From assembly GCA_963796685.1 (NCBI GenBank), contig CAWCMR010000014.1:32001-96000 (forward strand): DNA of 64,000 nt, in the 5' to 3' direction. Origin of the DNA: an uncultured delta proteobacterium. Its GTDB lineage: Bacteria > Myxococcota_A > Polyangia > Fen-1088. Both the position numbers and the translations under genes were made by a program. Positions 21,967-31,498 of the stretch are shown piece after piece. Each line of letters starts with the position of its first letter. Positions within the stretch are counted from its first letter, which is position 1. The notes below the pieces were generated by a model. That model did no database searches, had not been told where the DNA came from, and saw only the letters and a program-made list of their open reading frames with translations.

Positions 21967-22196
21967 GTCTACGACCACCCTTCATTGCTCTGCCGGACCG
22001 GCGCCTTTGGCTTGGAAAGTGGGCCCCAGGATTTGCTACGGGATTGCGGGGCACGCTGGTCGGCTCACGTTCGCTCGGGAGCAGGTTCGAAGAGGTCGCG
22101 GCTTCGTTGCGTCAACTTCTGCCGCATCCCTTCCTCCCTTCTTCCCTTCCTCCCTTCCTCATATTTTTCCGTTCCGCATTGCATCCCGGGTTGGCA

Positions 22197-22490
22197 ATGC
22201 GCGTGACGTGCCTGCTCTACTCCGGTTTGGCCGAAAGCTGCTGCTCGCTGTCCTGCGGCGAGGCCTTGGATCTCGCCGCCCCGACGACGGGCGAGGTCTT
22301 CGTGGACCTCGGCTCCGGCCGGGGCCAGGACGTGCTCCGCGCCGCTGGCCGGGTGGGGTCGTCGGCACGGCCATCGGCATCGATCGCACCCGGCCATGAT
22401 CGACAAAGCACGCGCCGCCGTGCCGCCGTTTTTGGCCAAAGTGAATTTCCTGTGTCGCGACTTGGCCGCCCTCGGCATCGAAGATGCCTG
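22197..22490 (+). pseudogene. Truncated class I SAM methyltransferase (ArsM-like N-terminal half)
   Basis: SGLAESCCSLSCG...VDLGSGRGQDVLRAAGRVG; shifted frames continue GTAIGIDRT and AMIDKARA...DLAALGIEDA, then the sequence switches abruptly. Confidence 0.65.
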
Positions 22491-23350
22491 CTCGCGCCCC
22501 TGCCGACTGGCGCAGCCGAAGAAGTCGTAGTTGCGACCGATCTGGGTCTTGAAGGCGGACTCTGGCAGTCCGAGCCACCCCCGCTGCTCCGCCAGGGCCG
22601 CCAGCTCGGGCAGCGCGGCCAGGTTCTCGCGGTCGACCACCACGCGGAGGTTGACCGGGATGCCCGCGGCCACCAGCGTGTCGATGCCCCGAGCGATGCG
22701 GTCGAAGGTTCCGGCCCCGCTGGCCAGCGGACGTCGCTGGTCGTGCATCGCCGGTGGGCCGTCGAGCGTGACCTGCACCTCTCGGATGGCCGGGCGCGAG
22801 AGCACTGGCAAGTATTCCAGGATGGCGTAGCCGTTGGTGACGACCGCGACCCGCAGCGCACGCTCCTCGGCGGCGCCAACGATGCGTTCGATGCGGTCGT
22901 GGCTGGCGGCCGCGTCGACCAGAGGCTCGCCGCCGAACAGGGTCAGGTACGGACGCGGGGTTTCATCCCCGTGAAAACGATCGATGTAGGCGAAGAGGGC
23001 CGGGATCGTCTCGGGCGAGATCAGCCCACCCGCCGTCGATACGAACGGCTCCTGATAGCAGTACACACAGCGCAGGTTGCAGCCGAAGGTCGGCACCACC
23101 ACGAGCTGCGTCTCGGTCTTGTCGAGCTCCTCGAGATAGGTCGCGTACGCCTCCGCCACCAGCGCCCTTTCGTCCTCGGCCGATTCCACCGCGAAGCCTC
23201 CCGCGCGCAGCTCCGCCAACGGAAGCAGGTGAGGCAACGGCTCGTCGGGGGCAAGCTGACGCACGACGCGCGCCTCTTTGCCCGCCAGCACCGCGACCTG
23301 ACCGGAGAGCGGCTGGACGAGCAAGGTCGGGTGTTGCGCGACAGACGCAT
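22490..23350 (-). pseudogene. Radical SAM protein, C-terminally truncated, with an early frameshift
   Basis: AAGGAG RBS and ATG at 23350; CNLRCVYC, FGGEP, VTNG, QVTLDGP..HDQRR; no SPASM cysteines after about 22490. Confidence 0.75.
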
Positions 23351-23515
23351 GTGGATCTCCTTGTGAGCCACCAAACGCGAAAAGGATTCTCTCCGAGCTC
23401 GGCCAGGGTGCAGTCTAGCCCCGATGCTGTTCGGACAGAGGGAAAGACAGCGCGCCCACCGGTTCTGCCAGTGTTATGCTGTCGCCTTCTCATGATCTAC
23501 CGCTACGACAATGCC

Positions 23516-23724
23516 ATGCAAACCCGCTGGGATCACGGCGAGCTCAGGGTTCAGGCTGAATCTGTCCAACAATCCGCGCCCGATGGGGTTCTGCGACGGA
23601 AGCCCCGAAGATGTCGCCGAGCTGCCTCCTCATCGCCGAGGCCGAGGGCGCCGATGACGTGAAGATCCAAAAGAAGCACCTCAAGAGCGGACGCGAGGTC
23701 TGGACCCTGGGTGGATCGGCCTGA
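23516..23724 (+). pseudogene. Small hypothetical protein disrupted by two single-base insertions
   Basis: Removing one base near 23552 and one near 23625 gives MQTRWDHGELRVRLNLSNNPRPMGFCDGSPEDVAELLLIAEAEGADDVKIQKKHLKSGREVWTLGGSA, with host-like GC3 codons. Confidence 0.45.
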
Positions 23725-23737
23725 TCGGGGGGACACG

Positions 23738-23850
23738 CACTTCTGCGGAGATGGCATTCCCGATGGCGAATTTGGCGAGGCCTGCGACCTCGGGGACCTC
23801 AATGGCACGCCGGATCAGCGTTGCAACCAGGACTGTCAGATCGTCGGGGA
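23738..23850 (+). pseudogene. Isolated myxobacterial cysteine-rich repeat (DUF4215/TIGR02232-like) fragment
   Basis: HFCGDGIPDGEFGEACDLGDLNGTPDQRCNQDCQI matches the CGDG...E.CD.G..NG...C...C pattern; no signal peptide or convincing start. Confidence 0.6.
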
Positions 23851-23877
23851 GGCGCCTCTCCTTTGCGTCCTCGGTGT

Positions 23878-24799
23878 CTACTCTTTTCCAGCGAGGCGTA
23901 GCCGCCGTCGAAGCGCCGCATAGACAATGGCCGCCACCGCGATCAGCGCGAGCGACGTCGCCTGGGCGGTCGAGAGGAAGAGCGGCTCGCCGGGCGAAAG
24001 GCCGAGCAGACGGGCGAGGGCCGGAACGCGAGCCTCGAAGAGAAAGCCGCGCACATCGTCGTCGCGGAAGATCTCGACCGCGAAACGGAGGATGCCATAG
24101 GCGAAGGCGTAGCCGAGGGCGATCGCACCAGGGAACTTGCGACGCTTCCACATCCAGAGCAGGCCGATGAAGATGAGAAGCTCGCCAGCGGATTCGTAGA
24201 GCTGGGTGGTGCACGCCGGGCGTGCAGGGGGCGCCGACCATGATCGCCCGACGCGTGAGATACTCCGAGTAGGCCACGCTGTCGGGCGGAAAGTGGATAC
24301 CACCGACCCACGGTTTGCCGTAGCAGCACCCGACCATGAAGCAGCCCAGCCGACCGAAGACGTGGGCGATGCTGACCGATGGGGCGAGCACGTCGGCGAC
24401 ATCGCCGAGCCCAAGGCCATTGCGACGGGCGTAGAGCAGCATCACCACGGCCGAAAGAACGGCGCCACCAAGAAAGACAAGTCCGCCTTGCCAAAATCGC
24501 AGCGGTGCCGTGCAGTCCTGGAGCTTCTGGCCGAACGAGCGCGGCAGGCCGACGCCGGCGCACAGGCGCGCGTATTCGCCCGCATGCATGAGGACATACA
24601 GCAGACGCGCGCCCACCAGACCGACCAGGACGGAATAGAAGGTCAAATCCAGGGTGGTCGCGGTTTCGATGCCCACGCTGCGCCCGCGGCGAAGCGAAAC
24701 CGCCACCCCGACCACGATCCCGATGGCGATGAGGAATCCGTAGGAATGAACGGGGAAGGCGTGCGCGCCCGAACCGATGGTGAAGAGCGTGGGCCTCAT
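23878..24799 (-). CDS. lgt: Prolipoprotein diacylglyceryl transferase, second copy, frameshifted near 24208
   Basis: MRPTLFTIG, HSYG, WQGGLVFLGG, RLGCFMVGCCYG, then shifted TQLYES and RFAVEIFRDD. Confidence 0.85.
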
Positions 24800-25764
24800 G
24801 GGGCAGCGACCGGCGCGGAGCCGACGTCCGCGCGATGGCGAACCAGCACGTAGATGCCGAGCGCGACGAGCGGCAACGAGATGATCTGCGAGGTCGACAG
24901 CCATCCGAACAGCACACCGCGATCGTCGTCGCGCCAGATCTCGACGAAGGAGCGAACCAGACCATAGAGGATGAGCAGCCACGCGAAGATCTGTCCGTCG
25001 AAGCGTTTGCCCCGGCGGATGACGAAGTACAGGATTGCGAAGACGGCGAGGTTGAGCAGCGAGAGATAGATTTCCGTCGGATGTACGGGCAGGGCGGGGG
25101 CATGGTCGCCGATGAGGTGGGCGTCGTGTTGCGCCTCCCAGGCCGGGCTGCCCATGGGGAAGCGAACCGCCCACGGCACGTGCGTGATTTTGCCGTAGCA
25201 GCAGCCGTTGAGGAAGCAACCCATGCGCGATACGGCCAGGCCGAAGGCGATCCACGGCGCGCACAGATCCGCGACTTTCCACATGCCCATGTGGTGCTTG
25301 CGCGCGAAGTAAAGGCCAAACGCCGTGGCGAAGATGAAGCCGCCGTAGTACGCGAGCCCGCCGCGCCAGACCTCGAGCATGGCGAAGCAATCGCGCGGCG
25401 GATGGCAGGTGTGGTCGGCGAGATTGCACACATAGTCCCAGCCGCATTCGCTGCTGGCGTTGCAGAAGCTGACCTTGGCCTCGGTGGCGCGGACCTTGAA
25501 GTTGTCGACGCACAGGTTGACATAGTCGTGGAAGTGTCCGTCGGCGATGACGTGCAACACGCGCGCGCCCACGATGGCCCAGATCACGATGTAGATATTG
25601 AGGTCGAGCACGCGCTCGCGGTCGAGACCCAGGCGCGGCGCCTCGCGGTAGGTCATCCACGCGCCGATGATGAAGCTCAGCGACAGCATGACGAAATACG
25701 ACGGCAGATCGAGATGCCCGAGGAGCGGGATGTCGATGCCGAAATCGATTAGAACAGGGCGCAT
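24796..25764 (-). CDS. lgt: Prolipoprotein diacylglyceryl transferase with Cys-rich insertion
   Basis: GARVLHV, WRGGLAYYGG, RMGCFLNGCCYG, HPTEIY, RSFVEIWRDD. Confidence 0.92.
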   Translation of the reverse strand: MRPVLIDFGIDIPLLGHLDLPSYFVMLSLSFIIGAWMTYREAPRLGLDRERVLDLNIYIVIWAIVGARVLHVIADGHFHDYVNLCVDNFKVRATEAKVSFCNASSECGWDYVCNLADHTCHPPRDCFAMLEVWRGGLAYYGGFIFATAFGLYFARKHHMGMWKVADLCAPWIAFGLAVSRMGCFLNGCCYGKITHVPWAVRFPMGSPAWEAQHDAHLIGDHAPALPVHPTEIYLSLLNLAVFAILYFVIRRGKRFDGQIFAWLLILYGLVRSFVEIWRDDDRGVLFGWLSTSQIISLPLVALGIYVLVRHRADVGSAPVAAP

Positions 25765-25834
25765 GGTCTAGAGCACCGAACGGGTTGAAAGTGCCGAGAA
25801 GTCAGCGAGTTTCTAGGCACGTGCGCCCTCCAAT

Positions 25835-25952
25835 CCCCTCGCCCCGCGCAGCGGGGAGAGGGCTAGGGGCCAGCGCGCTCTCTTGCATGGCCGAACCCCT
25901 CACCCGACGCGCTCCGCGCGTCGACCTCTCCCCGCTTCGCGGGGCGAGGTGA
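25835..25952. repeat. CCCCTC...GGGGAGAGG palindromic (REP-like) repeat pair
   Basis: cccctcgccccgcgcagcggggagagggc and cctctccccgcttcgcggggcgagg hairpins between lspA and lgt. Confidence 0.65.
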
Positions 25953-25976
25953 ATCTTTCGAGCAAGCATCCAGCGC

Positions 25977-26519
25977 CTAGCTTTCTTTGCTGCTCGCCGG
26001 TCCGGGCGCGTGGGCCGAATGCCCACGTTTGTCGAGGAGCATGTCGAGCGCCATGAGCGCGACGCCCACCACCAGGGCCGCGTCCGCGATGTTGAAGGCC
26101 GGCCACTCGTGCGTGCCCACCTTCCACACGATGAAGTCGGTCACGCGACCATAGGCGATGCGGTCGATCAGGTTTCCGATAGCGCCCCCGGCGACCAGCC
26201 CCAGGGCCAGGTGCAGGCGGAACTGACGAGGATTGCTGCGCACGAGATAGTAGCCGACGAGCAGCAAGGCCGCCAGGGCAACCACGGTGAGCCAGATGCG
26301 CCCGCCCGGCAGTTTCTGGAACATGCCGAAGGCCACACCGGTGTTCTCGGAATAGCGCAGATCGAAGTAGTTGGGGATGATGACCTTGCTCTTCCATGGT
26401 CCGAGCGGTTGCAGATCGGTCCGCGCCAGGACCTTGGTCCACTGGTCGAGGACCAACGAAACCACGGCGGAGATGCCGAAAAGCAGGTTACGGGTCTTGG
26501 TCGATATTTGCTCGGTCAT
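25977..26519 (-). CDS. lspA: Lipoprotein signal peptidase II
   Basis: LDQWTK, ENTGVAFG, GGAIGNLIDR, VTDFI, WPAFNIAD; ATG at 26519 overlaps the ileS stop. Confidence 0.95.
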   Translation of the reverse strand: MTEQISTKTRNLLFGISAVVSLVLDQWTKVLARTDLQPLGPWKSKVIIPNYFDLRYSENTGVAFGMFQKLPGGRIWLTVVALAALLLVGYYLVRSNPRQFRLHLALGLVAGGAIGNLIDRIAYGRVTDFIVWKVGTHEWPAFNIADAALVVGVALMALDMLLDKRGHSAHAPGPASSKES

Positions 26520-29398
26520 GAGAGTTTCAATGAGCTGACCACGGATGCGCAGCGGATGCAAAGGTTGGGTTCCTGGGCATGGCCCGAGGCAGCCCCGGTG
26601 CGGCGCCAGCAACGCGGGCATTCGGGCAAGGGGGCTTCGGACACCGCGACCTCGGTGGCCGGCGCGTCGCCGGCCGCGAGGGTGATGCTCGACACCTCGC
26701 ACAGCTCGGTGAGGTGCGCCAGGTTCTTTCTCCACGCATCCCGGTCGGCCGCGGCCGGTGTCACCGTGACGCTCGCATGCAGCGCCTTGTGTCCGGCGGC
26801 GCGGAAGGCCTCCAGCTTGGCCAGCACGGCCTCGCGCAGCGGACGAAGCTCCGTCTCCCAGCGCGGTCGCGGCGGCATGGTCGCTACCGGCCACACTTGG
26901 CCGTGCACGTCGAAGGTCGCACCGGTCAGTCGAGCCAGCTCGTCGGCCACGTCCTGGGCCGAGAAGCACAGGATGGGCGCCATCCAGGTGGCCACGGTTC
27001 TGACCATTTCGTAGAGCGCCGTCTGCACGCTTCGCCGGTCGGGCGAATTCGCCGCCTCGCAGTAGAGCGCGTCCTTGATCGGTCCCAGGTATTCGGCCGA
27101 CACGGTGATCAGATAGTCGACCATCAAGCGCACGGCATCGTGGAAGCTGTAGCGTTCGAAGGCGTCGCGAACTTGGGCATTGCGTTCGCGCAGGACTGCC
27201 AGCGCCAGGCGATCCAGCTCGCGCAGGTTCTCGTCGGGCAGAAGATCGCGAGCCGGCACGAAGTCGTACAGGTTGGAGAGCGAGAAGCGGCAGGTGTTGC
27301 GGATCTTGCGGTACGACTCACCAAGCTGGTCGAGGATGGTCTTGGAGAACACCACGTCCGACTGGTAGTCGGCCGCGGCAACCCACAGGCGCAGCAGCTC
27401 GGCGCCGTTCTTTTCCATCCACACGCTGGGCTCGACGTAGTCGGTCTTGACGCCCGCCGCGCGCGTCTTCTCGATCTCGGATTTCGAATAGACCTTGCCG
27501 CGCTCGTCGAGCACCCAGCCGTGGGTGAGCACCGCCTTGTAGGGTGCGGATTCGCGCGCCGCGACCGCGGCCAGCAGGGACGAATGGAACCAGCCGCGGT
27601 GTTGATCCGCGCCTTCGAGATAGAGATCGACCTTGCTGCCCTTGGGCACGAGCTTTCCGTCCGCCACCGCGGCCCACGACACGCCGGACTCGAACCAGAC
27701 ATCGACGATGTCGTGGGTCTTGTCGAGGTCGGTGCCGTGGCAGCGCGGGCAGGCCGTGCCCGCGGGGACAAGCTCGCCCACCGGTCGGGCAAACCAGGCG
27801 GCCGATCCTTCGCTGGCGAAGAGCTTTGCCACGTGTTCCATGGCGCCGGCTTCCAGGAAGGGCTCGTCGCACTGCTTGCACAGATAGGCCGGGATGGGCA
27901 CGCCCCACACGCGCTGGCGCGACAGGCACCAGTCCGGCCGCACCTCGATCATGCCGCGGATGCGGTCGCGGCCCCAGGCCGGGATCCACTGCGTGCGATC
28001 GATTTCGTCGAGCGCCTGCTGCCGTAGGCTCGTCTTGTCGCCCAGGTCGCCGAGACGCGCGAACCATTGGCTGGTGGCGCGAAAGAGCACGGGATGCTTG
28101 CAGCGCCAGCAGTGCGGGTACTGGTGCCTGATCTGCTCGCCCGGCTTGTTGAGCAGGAAGCCGGTTTCTGCCAAGTGGGCGACGATCTTCGGGTTGGCCT
28201 CGAAGACCTGCATGCCGGCCCAGTTGGGAACTTCGGCGGTGTAGCGGCCCATGCCGTCGACGGGTGCGTACACTTCCAGTCCTTCGCTGCGGCCGACCGC
28301 GTAGTCGTCGGCGCCGTGGCCGGGCGCGGTGTGCACGAGGCCCGTGCCCGCGTCGAGCGTCGCGTGCGAGGCAAAGGTCAGGCGGAAGTCCTTGTCCGAC
28401 TTGGGCGTGGCGATGAAGGGATGTTGGTAGCGCAGGCCGCGCAGCGAGCGCAGCTTGTCGCCGGCAAGCTCGATCCAGGTTTCCCTCGCACCCGTCTTCA
28501 GCTCGCACGCCGCGATGAACCCATCGGCCAGCTCGCGCGCCACGATCAGGTACTCGCGTGCCTGGCCTGGCCGCTCGGTCGGAATCGCCACGTACGCCAG
28601 CGTCGGGTTGGCCACGATGGCCAGATTCGCGGCGAGCGTCCAGGGCGTCGTGGTCCAGATGACCAATGCGGCAGGCGCGTCGCCCAGGATTGCTTGCAGC
28701 GCCGGCTGGCCGGGAACGACCGGGAAGCGCACGAAGATCGACGGCGAGGCATGATCGGCGTATTCCACCTCGGCCTCGGCCAGCGCGGTCTGGTGCGTGG
28801 TGCACCAGTGCACCGGGCGCTTGGCCCGGTAGAGCAGCCCCTTCTTGGCGAAGGCCGCCATCACGCGCACGATGGTGGCTTCGTACTCCTTGTTCAGCGT
28901 GAGGTACGGCTCGTCCCAGGTGCCGAAGCAGCCCAGCCGCCGGAAATCGGCGCGCATGACGTCCACGAACTTGCGCGCGTGCGCCTCGCACTTCTGGCGA
29001 AAATCGCGCGTGTCCTGTTTGGCCTTGGCCCCGAACTGCTTTTCCACCTGCTGTTCGATGGGCAACCCGTGGCAGTCCCAGCCCGGCACGAAGCGGGCCG
29101 CCTTGCCCATGAGCAGGCGCGAGCGGACGATGATGTCCTTGAGCACCTTGTTCAGCAGGGTGCCGTAGTGAATGCCGCCGGTCGGGTAGGGCGGTCCGTC
29201 GTGCAGCACGTAGGGCTCGGCCTTGGCGGCCTCGCGCGCGGCCAGCACCGTCTCGTACTGTTTCCCGTCGGCCCAGCGCGCGAGCCACAGCGGCTCGCGG
29301 CGGGCCAGGTCGGCGCGCATGGGGAATTCGGTCTTGGGCAGGTTGAGAGTGTTTTTCCAGTCCACGAGGGCGCGCATACTAGCAGATGGCGCGGGCAT
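26516..29398 (-). CDS. ileS: Isoleucine-tRNA ligase
   Basis: TLNLPKTEFPMRA, LHDGPPY, GWDCHGLPIE, WTTTPWT, GTGLVHTAPGHG, DWCLSRQR, C-terminal CPRCW...CIRC; start may lie slightly downstream. Confidence 0.97.
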   Translation of the reverse strand: MPAPSASMRALVDWKNTLNLPKTEFPMRADLARREPLWLARWADGKQYETVLAAREAAKAEPYVLHDGPPYPTGGIHYGTLLNKVLKDIIVRSRLLMGKAARFVPGWDCHGLPIEQQVEKQFGAKAKQDTRDFRQKCEAHARKFVDVMRADFRRLGCFGTWDEPYLTLNKEYEATIVRVMAAFAKKGLLYRAKRPVHWCTTHQTALAEAEVEYADHASPSIFVRFPVVPGQPALQAILGDAPAALVIWTTTPWTLAANLAIVANPTLAYVAIPTERPGQAREYLIVARELADGFIAACELKTGARETWIELAGDKLRSLRGLRYQHPFIATPKSDKDFRLTFASHATLDAGTGLVHTAPGHGADDYAVGRSEGLEVYAPVDGMGRYTAEVPNWAGMQVFEANPKIVAHLAETGFLLNKPGEQIRHQYPHCWRCKHPVLFRATSQWFARLGDLGDKTSLRQQALDEIDRTQWIPAWGRDRIRGMIEVRPDWCLSRQRVWGVPIPAYLCKQCDEPFLEAGAMEHVAKLFASEGSAAWFARPVGELVPAGTACPRCHGTDLDKTHDIVDVWFESGVSWAAVADGKLVPKGSKVDLYLEGADQHRGWFHSSLLAAVAARESAPYKAVLTHGWVLDERGKVYSKSEIEKTRAAGVKTDYVEPSVWMEKNGAELLRLWVAAADYQSDVVFSKTILDQLGESYRKIRNTCRFSLSNLYDFVPARDLLPDENLRELDRLALAVLRERNAQVRDAFERYSFHDAVRLMVDYLITVSAEYLGPIKDALYCEAANSPDRRSVQTALYEMVRTVATWMAPILCFSAQDVADELARLTGATFDVHGQVWPVATMPPRPRWETELRPLREAVLAKLEAFRAAGHKALHASVTVTPAAADRDAWRKNLAHLTELCEVSSITLAAGDAPATEVAVSEAPLPECPRCWRRTGAASGHAQEPNLCIRCASVVSSLKLS

Positions 29399-29431
29399 GG
29401 TCCGCTCGTTGAAGGATTGGCGAGCTTTGCG

Positions 29432-31069
29432 TCATCGGTCAGAGGAAGCTTGACCCGGAAAAAGCTTCTCCAGCTCGAGAAACACCCCGTTGGTCCAGCC
29501 GAAGCCGATTTCGTTGCTGCGGTAGCCGAAGCGCAGGCCCGGTCTCACGTCCGCGCTGCGCGGGACCACATCGTATTTCTCGACGATGGTTTTGCGCGTC
29601 TCGAAGATATCGAGCACGAGCGAAAGGAACTCGCGCTGGATCCGATAGGCGTCCTCGTCGTAGCCGTAGCGACGCAAGCCCTCGACGGCAAGCAGTTGCA
29701 ACGGCGCCCAGCCGTAGGGCGCGTCCCATTGGCACCCACTCACGAAGGTGCTGGTCATGAGCCCGCCCGGCCGTTCGAAACGGCCCAGGTTGTCGTGGAC
29801 GCGCTTGGCCTGGTGAGGGGAGGCAAGCCCGGCCCATAGGGGATAGAAGGTCGTCGCGAAGGGATAGAATCGACGCCGGCCGGTTTGGAAGTCGAAGTCG
29901 AGATAGAGGCCGGTCTGCTCGTCCCAGAGCAAGGCGTCGATGGCTCTTCGCCGAGATTTCGCCCGATCGAGAAAGGTCGCGGCCTTCTGCGCGTGTCCGA
30001 GGAGCGTCGCCATGTCCGCGAGCTCGACCTCCATCCGGTAGAGCAGGGCGTTCAGGCACACCGGCAGGTAGTGAATGATGTCGACACCGAACTGGCCGAA
30101 GCGATTGGACGGGTCGAAGCCCGACTCGCGCATGGAACGATCGCCTTTGTAGAAAAGCGGGGTCAGGCGGTCGTGGGCGCGATCGTAGAATTCTTCGAGC
30201 GGGTAATCGGTGACGGCGTGGGTGCGGTAGTAGTCGCGCACGCGGTCGTAGTGGGTCCTGCCGCGCTCGTCGCGCTCTCCGGCAACCACCTCCGGCGCTG
30301 GCCCCTCGCCGAGAGCGAAGTAGCGCGACAGCCCGGACGCCTCTTCCAGGTGCGGCTCCTCGATCCAAGTCTGGTAGTAGGCTTCGACGGCCGGCAGGAC
30401 GCGGGCGAGCCAGACGAGATCCTTGGTCGCCCCATAGACCGCGAGCACCATCTCGCTTAGAAACGGCGGCTGCGAACGGGTGAGATAGTAGGTGCGATTG
30501 GCGTTGAGCACGCGACCATAGTGCTCGACCTCGTAGACGAAGTTGTCGGTCATGTCGCGCGCGAGCTCGACCTCGGCGTCGGCCAGCAGCCCGAGCACGA
30601 TGAAGTAGCTGTCCCAGCCGTACATCTCGTTGAAGCGTCCGCCCGGCACCACGTAGGGGTGGGGCAGGTAGAGCAATCCCGGCGGGGCGTTCGCGGAGAG
30701 TGGCCGAAGCACAATCTGGTGCCGCGTGGCGGGCGGCATTTCGGCGTCCAGGGTCCTGGCGATGCGAACCGGATCGTCGTTGGCCGGGTAGTAGACCGGC
30801 CAAGGTTCGCCCTCGACGTGGGGCACCTTCGGGTCGCGGGCCGCCAGCGCGAGATCGCGGTGGCTGCGTTCCAGCGTGTGCCACGCGTTCTTGATGTACG
30901 CGTGGATGGCTTCGAGGCCCGCCTCGGGCAGCGCGCGCACGGCAGGGGGCGTGCTGGTCGGCGGACCGGATGGCGCGTGCGCGAGCGTGCATCCGGCGAC
31001 GAGCAAACACAGCAAGGACGAGCGGCGGGGGAACCAGCCTCGCGCGAACGCCGATGTTCGCGTGGTCAT
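29432..31069 (-). CDS. Alpha,alpha-trehalase (GH37), probable lipoprotein
   Basis: PGGRFNEMYGWDSYF, NANRTYYLTRSQPP, RESGFD, QWDAPYGWAP, EKYD, GFGWTNG; lipobox LVAGC. Confidence 0.93.
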   Translation of the reverse strand: MTTRTSAFARGWFPRRSSLLCLLVAGCTLAHAPSGPPTSTPPAVRALPEAGLEAIHAYIKNAWHTLERSHRDLALAARDPKVPHVEGEPWPVYYPANDDPVRIARTLDAEMPPATRHQIVLRPLSANAPPGLLYLPHPYVVPGGRFNEMYGWDSYFIVLGLLADAEVELARDMTDNFVYEVEHYGRVLNANRTYYLTRSQPPFLSEMVLAVYGATKDLVWLARVLPAVEAYYQTWIEEPHLEEASGLSRYFALGEGPAPEVVAGERDERGRTHYDRVRDYYRTHAVTDYPLEEFYDRAHDRLTPLFYKGDRSMRESGFDPSNRFGQFGVDIIHYLPVCLNALLYRMEVELADMATLLGHAQKAATFLDRAKSRRRAIDALLWDEQTGLYLDFDFQTGRRRFYPFATTFYPLWAGLASPHQAKRVHDNLGRFERPGGLMTSTFVSGCQWDAPYGWAPLQLLAVEGLRRYGYDEDAYRIQREFLSLVLDIFETRKTIVEKYDVVPRSADVRPGLRFGYRSNEIGFGWTNGVFLELEKLFPGQASSDR

Positions 31070-31076
31070 GGCCGTC

Positions 31077-31463
31077 TCACCCGGCTTCGGGGGCTCCACG
31101 CTCGACCGTGATTCTCTCCCCCTCGCGCACGCCTTTGAGCAGACGCACGTCTTCGCGCGCCCGGCCCCACACGTTCACCCGTGCGGCCAAACGGATTTCC
31201 CCCGGGCGGGACAAGGGCGTACGCCCATAGCCGATGGCGACGCCGTCACCCTCCACCCAGAACGCGATCTCGCCCGGCTGCACGACCTCGCGCGCATCGG
31301 GCTCGCGTCGAGCCTGTACCGGCGTGGTGAAATAGACCTCCTCGCCCCAGATCTTGGCCGACGACGAGAACGGTAGGCTGGCAAGAATCGCCGCCGCCGT
31401 GGGCGTGTCCAGGGTGTCGACGGTGAGGTTGACCTTGCCAAGGGTGATGATGACGGTAGGCAT
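31077..31463 (-). CDS. Cyclophilin-like fold protein (TM1367/DUF369-like)
   Basis: TPTAAAILASLPF...WGEEVYF...GEIAFWVEGDGVAIGYGRTP; forms the C-terminal part of the spurious 567-aa ORF. Confidence 0.8.
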   Translation of the reverse strand: MPTVIITLGKVNLTVDTLDTPTAAAILASLPFSSSAKIWGEEVYFTTPVQARREPDAREVVQPGEIAFWVEGDGVAIGYGRTPLSRPGEIRLAARVNVWGRAREDVRLLKGVREGERITVERGAPEAG

Positions 31464-31498
31464 GGCTGGAGAATAGCCCAGAACTTCGAAGAAATGGC

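Noticed and set aside
23681-25660. 659-aa ORF spanning both lgt genes
   Set aside because: It consists of off-frame lgt1, the true N-terminal part of lgt2 and post-frameshift sequence
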